In this document: one piece after another, positions 60,614 through 64,000 of the stretch
Layout of the letters: the number at the start of each line of letters is the position of its first letter
Position numbering within the stretch: the first letter of the stretch is position 1
Assembly: GCA_050260635.1 (NCBI GenBank)
Contig: JBLNCL010000003.1
Coordinates: 75,976 to 139,975 of the forward strand
Source: Betaproteobacteria bacterium
GTDB lineage: Bacteria > Bacillota > UBA5301 > DYFA01
Direction of reading: 5' to 3'
Length of the DNA: 64,000 nucleotides
Made by a program: the position numbers and the translations under genes
The notes under the pieces: model-generated
Told to the model about the DNA's origin: nothing
Seen by the model: only the letters and a program-made list of their open reading frames with translations
Database searches by the model: none

Positions 60614-61572
60614 AGTCACCCTCCCGTCCACCAGATTGTTATGATGTGAGAATTTCCCCACAAACAGGAGGACTTCCTGCGGGAAGGAAGACGAGAGCCT
60701 CTTGGCCCGGTTTCAACCGCTGGCCCACCAGGCGCTTTTCGGGTCGCCCGGCTTAGGCTTTCCACCACGTTGGCTCACCTTCCTCGCCACTGGGCAATTA
60801 TCTCCGAGTTTTGGATCTTTCGATGGACTCGTTCTAAACTGAAGTCGTTCTCGAAATCACGACAATCCGGAAAGGAGATTTGGCGATGCCAAGAAGACCA
60901 TGGAGACGTTGTCGCCACCCCGCTAGGGCGCACGGCGGGAGATGGGTTGAGGAGTGCGGCCCGACCCGGAGGCTAGCCACCTTCGGGCACGACAAACGGC
61001 GACGACTGGTTGCTGGGAGCCGACCAACCAGATCGTGGAGCTGAAGGCCGGGCCTCTTCACGGAGGGGGAAGATGAGCCACTAGACGGTCCGCTCGATGC
61101 CTGAACGGCACACCTCATGGTCAGCGGACCACCCGACGTGCTACCGTAGGCCCTTGGGCTGCGGTGCCGCAATGAAGCAGGAGACTGCAGAGCGGTGTAA
61201 CTGGCACGGGTTCAGCAACGTGAGGGCAGGCGGCACGAAACAGGCCCAGGCAAAAAAGCGGAGCGAGCAGACAAGAGCCGACATCGTCGGCTTGGCCGAA
61301 GGCCGATGCGACGATGCCGGAACGGCAACGGCCGCCGGGGCGGCGGACGTTGCCGAATGGGCGGACCGCCGCAGGCGGGACGACCCTTCGGAGACGAGAT
61401 GGCAAGCGGCCGGAAGGCCGCTGACGATAGCCCGCAATCGTTCACCCCAACGGCACGGCGCAGCCGGGACGCTTGGGGTGAACGGCGGGAATAGATTTGC
61501 CCTCCGCTAGGAGCGCCCCTTCGCCGGCCTCCTTGGCCGGGAAGGGGCAAAGCGCCGCAAGGAGGTGAGGTT

Positions 61573-62541
61573 ATGTCTAAGCTCGGGAGCCCCGTGCACC
61601 AGGTCAAAGAGGCTTTCCGCTCGGTCACCAAGGAAGGCGTCTCCAAACACGCCGAGAAGGCGAAGCACAATGGTCAATCGCCGTACATTCACGCCTGGCG
61701 AACCGCCAAGAACTATACCGAAATCGGCTGCGCCTTCGTCAAGTTCGCCGGCGTGCGGGACATTCGGACGCTGACGCCAGAGCATGGCGCTGCCTACCTA
61801 AGACACCTCCAAGAGCACGGGGGCAAGGGCGGCCAGCCGGGGTCAGCCTGGACGGTAAAGCAGGCCGCATCGGCGTTGCACAAGCTCGAGCTTGGCATCG
61901 AGGCCCGGTACGGCGTCAAAGTCTCCCTTCTTCCGGCAGATTGGGTCGGCCCGGTTCGGCACGAAGAAGACAAAAAAGACATCCGGGCGCCGTACACAAG
62001 GGAGGAGATGGCAAAACTGCTGTCAGCGGTGTCCCAACGGAACCCCGAGATGGGCACCGTCTGCAAAGTCATGGCCGAAACCGGGCTGCGCATCTCCTCG
62101 GTCATTGGCCACAGAGACGGCATGAGCGGCGGCCGGGGGATTAGGGTCAAGGATCTGGACATCGAAGGGTGCCGGGTCCGAAACTACGGGAAAGGCGGCC
62201 ACCCGACGGGCTGGCTCCAGGTCTCGAAAGAGACGATGGCCGAGCTAAAAGCCTTAGCAAACGGCAAGGGACGGAATGAGCGGGTTTTCAACGTGAAGTA
62301 CGACCAAGTGCGCCACGAAGTGGTGAAAGTGGCCCGCCAGACTAAGGCTGAATACCGGGCACTTCACGGGTTCCGCTACTTTTTCGCCAACGCCCGCTAC
62401 CAGGAATACCGGCAGCAGGGCATGAGCGACCTGGAGGCCCGCAAGGCACTCGCTAAGGACCTTCAACATCACCGGATCAGCGTCACCCGGGTCTACGTTC
62501 CGGGCGTCGGGTGGGTCACCATCTCGGCGAGCGACGCCTAA
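61573..62541 (+). CDS. Tyrosine recombinase 2 (divergent)
   Basis: AAGGAGGTG RBS; TGLRISS, GKGG, HGFR and LQHHRISVTRVY. Confidence 0.85.
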   Translation: MSKLGSPVHQVKEAFRSVTKEGVSKHAEKAKHNGQSPYIHAWRTAKNYTEIGCAFVKFAGVRDIRTLTPEHGAAYLRHLQEHGGKGGQPGSAWTVKQAASALHKLELGIEARYGVKVSLLPADWVGPVRHEEDKKDIRAPYTREEMAKLLSAVSQRNPEMGTVCKVMAETGLRISSVIGHRDGMSGGRGIRVKDLDIEGCRVRNYGKGGHPTGWLQVSKETMAELKALANGKGRNERVFNVKYDQVRHEVVKVARQTKAEYRALHGFRYFFANARYQEYRQQGMSDLEARKALAKDLQHHRISVTRVYVPGVGWVTISASDA

Positions 62542-62596
62542 ACGCACGGCCGCAAGACGCAGGCTCACGCCAGATTTGGAGTTCCCCGCCCTCTTG

Positions 62597-62605
62597 TGTT
62601 ATAAT
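62597..62605 (+). promoter_or_regulatory. Extended -10 promoter upstream of recombinase 3
   Basis: TGTTATAAT. Confidence 0.45.
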
Positions 62606-62755
62606 GCCCGCAACAACGGCGACGACATGGCCGAAAGAATTTCGGTGGCGGAGGCCCTGGCCTCCTTTCTGTGGCTTTTCTTAGACTTCGGCTGACCTCG
62701 CTTCAACGCAACTTTAACCGGTCGTGTCTCCCAAACGAAGGGAGCACTGGCCGAG

Positions 62756-63895
62756 GTGAAGGTTCTCACTTGCCCCGAGTTCATCGAGGAGATTACCCTG
62801 GATAACCCACTGCTTGACTGCCTCACGGCCTACTACCAGCAACGGCGGGCGGAAAACGACTTCCGGGAATCAAGCTTCATCGCCTACCGGACTGACCTGA
62901 TGCACGTCGTGCGCTACCTGGAAGGCCAGAACCTGCCCCCCACCCTGCGCCATCTCACCCGGGAAAACGTCCGGCGGCTCGAGGCCCTTTGGGTGCAGCA
63001 AGGCCATGCCCGCACGACTATCGCCCGCCGTCTCAATTCCCTGCAGGCCATCGTTCGCTACTGCAGGGACTTCGTTCCCGAGTTTGTCGACCCGTTCGCC
63101 GGGCGCCGCATCGCCAGGGGAGACCGTCATAAGCGGCCGGACTGCCTCTCGGAGGCGGAATATGACCGGGTACTCGGACCCAGAGCCGACTTCGGCCGCA
63201 ACCCGCTCCGCAACCGGGCACTTCTCACTCTCATGTACTTCACCCTTTGCCGGCTGAGCGAAGCGGCAGCCCTGACCTGGGGTGACGTCGACTTTCGGCA
63301 GGACCAGATCCACTTCAAAGCCCCGACCAAAAACCACGACCCGAAGACCGTCCCGATGGCGCCAGAGTTGAAGGCCGTGCTGAGAGCGCTCCAGCGTTCC
63401 CTGCCTTCTCTCCCCCGGGCGGATGCTCCAGTCTTCGTCAGCGAGCAAGGCGTCCGGTTCACCGAGTCCGGGATCAAGAAGATGGTCAAGGACCACGGTA
63501 TCCGCAACGGCGTTCCCAGGCTCCACTCGCACTTGTTCCGCCACACGGGCGCCACCCGGCTCGCCTGCCAGGGCGTGCCCCTGCCGGTCGTCGCCAAGCT
63601 GGCCGGCCACCATGACCTTGGCACGACGATGAAATACTACATCCACGTCCCCGATCAAGCCAGCCGGGAGGCCGTCTCGCTGCTCGGCCAAATGAGCGGC
63701 CCCAAATTCGTCTGGATGAAGAAGGAAATCGACCCGAGCCGTCGAAGTCAGTCTCCAAATCATAGCGGAGGGCGAGTCTGGAGGCCTTCCGCTCCGGTTC
63801 AGGAACTCGGTAGAGGCCGTAAGGTTGCGAAAATCGAAGAGCGGGCGAGCAAAGTGCTTTCCCGCTCCGAAGAAAGTGAGCAACCAGGTCTGTAA
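62756..63895 (+). CDS. Tyrosine recombinase 3 (XerD-like); stop codon inside the att repeat
   Basis: SAM-like domain (TIARRLNSL), TLCRLSE, HLFRH and AGHHDLGTTMKYY; start uncertain. Confidence 0.9.
   Translation: MKVLTCPEFIEEITLDNPLLDCLTAYYQQRRAENDFRESSFIAYRTDLMHVVRYLEGQNLPPTLRHLTRENVRRLEALWVQQGHARTTIARRLNSLQAIVRYCRDFVPEFVDPFAGRRIARGDRHKRPDCLSEAEYDRVLGPRADFGRNPLRNRALLTLMYFTLCRLSEAAALTWGDVDFRQDQIHFKAPTKNHDPKTVPMAPELKAVLRALQRSLPSLPRADAPVFVSEQGVRFTESGIKKMVKDHGIRNGVPRLHSHLFRHTGATRLACQGVPLPVVAKLAGHHDLGTTMKYYIHVPDQASREAVSLLGQMSGPKFVWMKKEIDPSRRSQSPNHSGGRVWRPSAPVQELGRGRKVAKIEERASKVLSRSEESEQPGL
63832..63867 (-). terminator. Element-supplied terminator-like hairpin downstream of rnpB
   Basis: GAGCGGG-AAAGCACTTTGCTCG-CCCGCTC followed by TTCGATTTT. 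Confidence 0.55.
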
Positions 63896-63905
63896 GCCGA
63901 GTTCT
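63877..63905 (+). repeat. att direct repeat, right copy (within rnpB)
   Basis: Identical to 58000-58028. Confidence 0.92.
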
Positions 63906-64000
63906 GTCGTGTACGGTCATCTCTCTGGGACGCCAGTTGCCAGGCGCCTCAAGCGACCAACCCGGGAGAAAGGCGGGCCACCCTATCTCTCCCCTATTTG
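63877..64000 (-). ncRNA. rnpB: RNase P RNA (type A), 3' portion; continues beyond the window
   Basis: Minus strand reads CTCCCGGGTTGGTCGCTTGAGGCGCCTGGCAACTGGCGTCCCAGAGAGATGACCGTACACGACAGAACTCGGCTTACAGACC: P18 GCAA loop, CR-IV AGAGAGATGA, CR-V ACAGAACnCGGCTTA. Exact 3' end approximate. Confidence 0.9.

Larger units (their letters stand above)
58000..63905. mobile_element. 5.9-kb integrative element in rnpB with three tyrosine recombinases
   Basis: Bounded by a 29-bp direct repeat; three recombinase genes; lower-GC cargo. Confidence 0.88.

Noticed and set aside
61097-61510. 137-aa ORF inside the element
   Set aside because: Low-complexity Ala/Arg translation, no clear RBS or motif.
62628-62696. 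Short ORF MAERISVAEALASFLWLFLDFG resembling an integrase N-terminus
   Set aside because: Too short and lacks an RBS; cannot be supported.
58112-63895. Calling the element a RIT, prophage or integron
   Set aside because: The recombinases are not adjacent and overlapping, and there are no terminal inverted repeats, phage structural genes or repeated attC array.
1-64000. Many long antisense or alternate-frame ORFs (e.g. 21098-22993, 18796-20004, 57890-59104, 62870-63883)
   Set aside because: Shadow ORFs of well-supported genes, as expected at high GC.
1-64000. CRISPR array, tRNA or rRNA genes
   Set aside because: No regularly spaced repeats, cloverleaf or rRNA sequence seen; the att repeat is rnpB-derived, not tRNA-derived.

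Overview
High-GC chromosomal window from an endospore-forming Bacillota (Firmicutes) member, probably a diderm (Limnochordia-like; inferred from a secretin gene next to sigE/sigG/spoIIGA/spoIIR/spoIIP/spoVD/spoVE). Bases 1-6.4 kb hold a minus-strand Tad/Flp pilus operon with a fused CpaE-CpaF ORF, a secretin, CpaB, TadE/G-like genes and two pilins, behind a consensus sigA promoter followed by a cluster of Spo0A-like boxes. Bases 6.5-31 kb are housekeeping genes (acyl-CoA ligase, trpP with a TRAP-like leader, MFS, SNF2 helicase, murC, spoIIP, LytS/T, acs, UPF0182, hslO, glyQS, rodZ, ftsK, pgeF, nrdR). Bases 31-53 kb are the sporulation sigma cluster and a dcw cluster lacking murD. Bases 53-58 kb hold an orphan DNA methyltransferase, Hsp20, an RsmF-like gene and a CDP-alcohol transferase. 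The most notable feature is a 5,877-bp element (58000-63905) bounded by a 29-bp direct repeat of the 3' end of the RNase P RNA gene (rnpB). It encodes three tyrosine recombinases and a lower-GC two-gene wHTH plus HEPN-like cargo. All calls come from motif recognition by eye; no searches were run.
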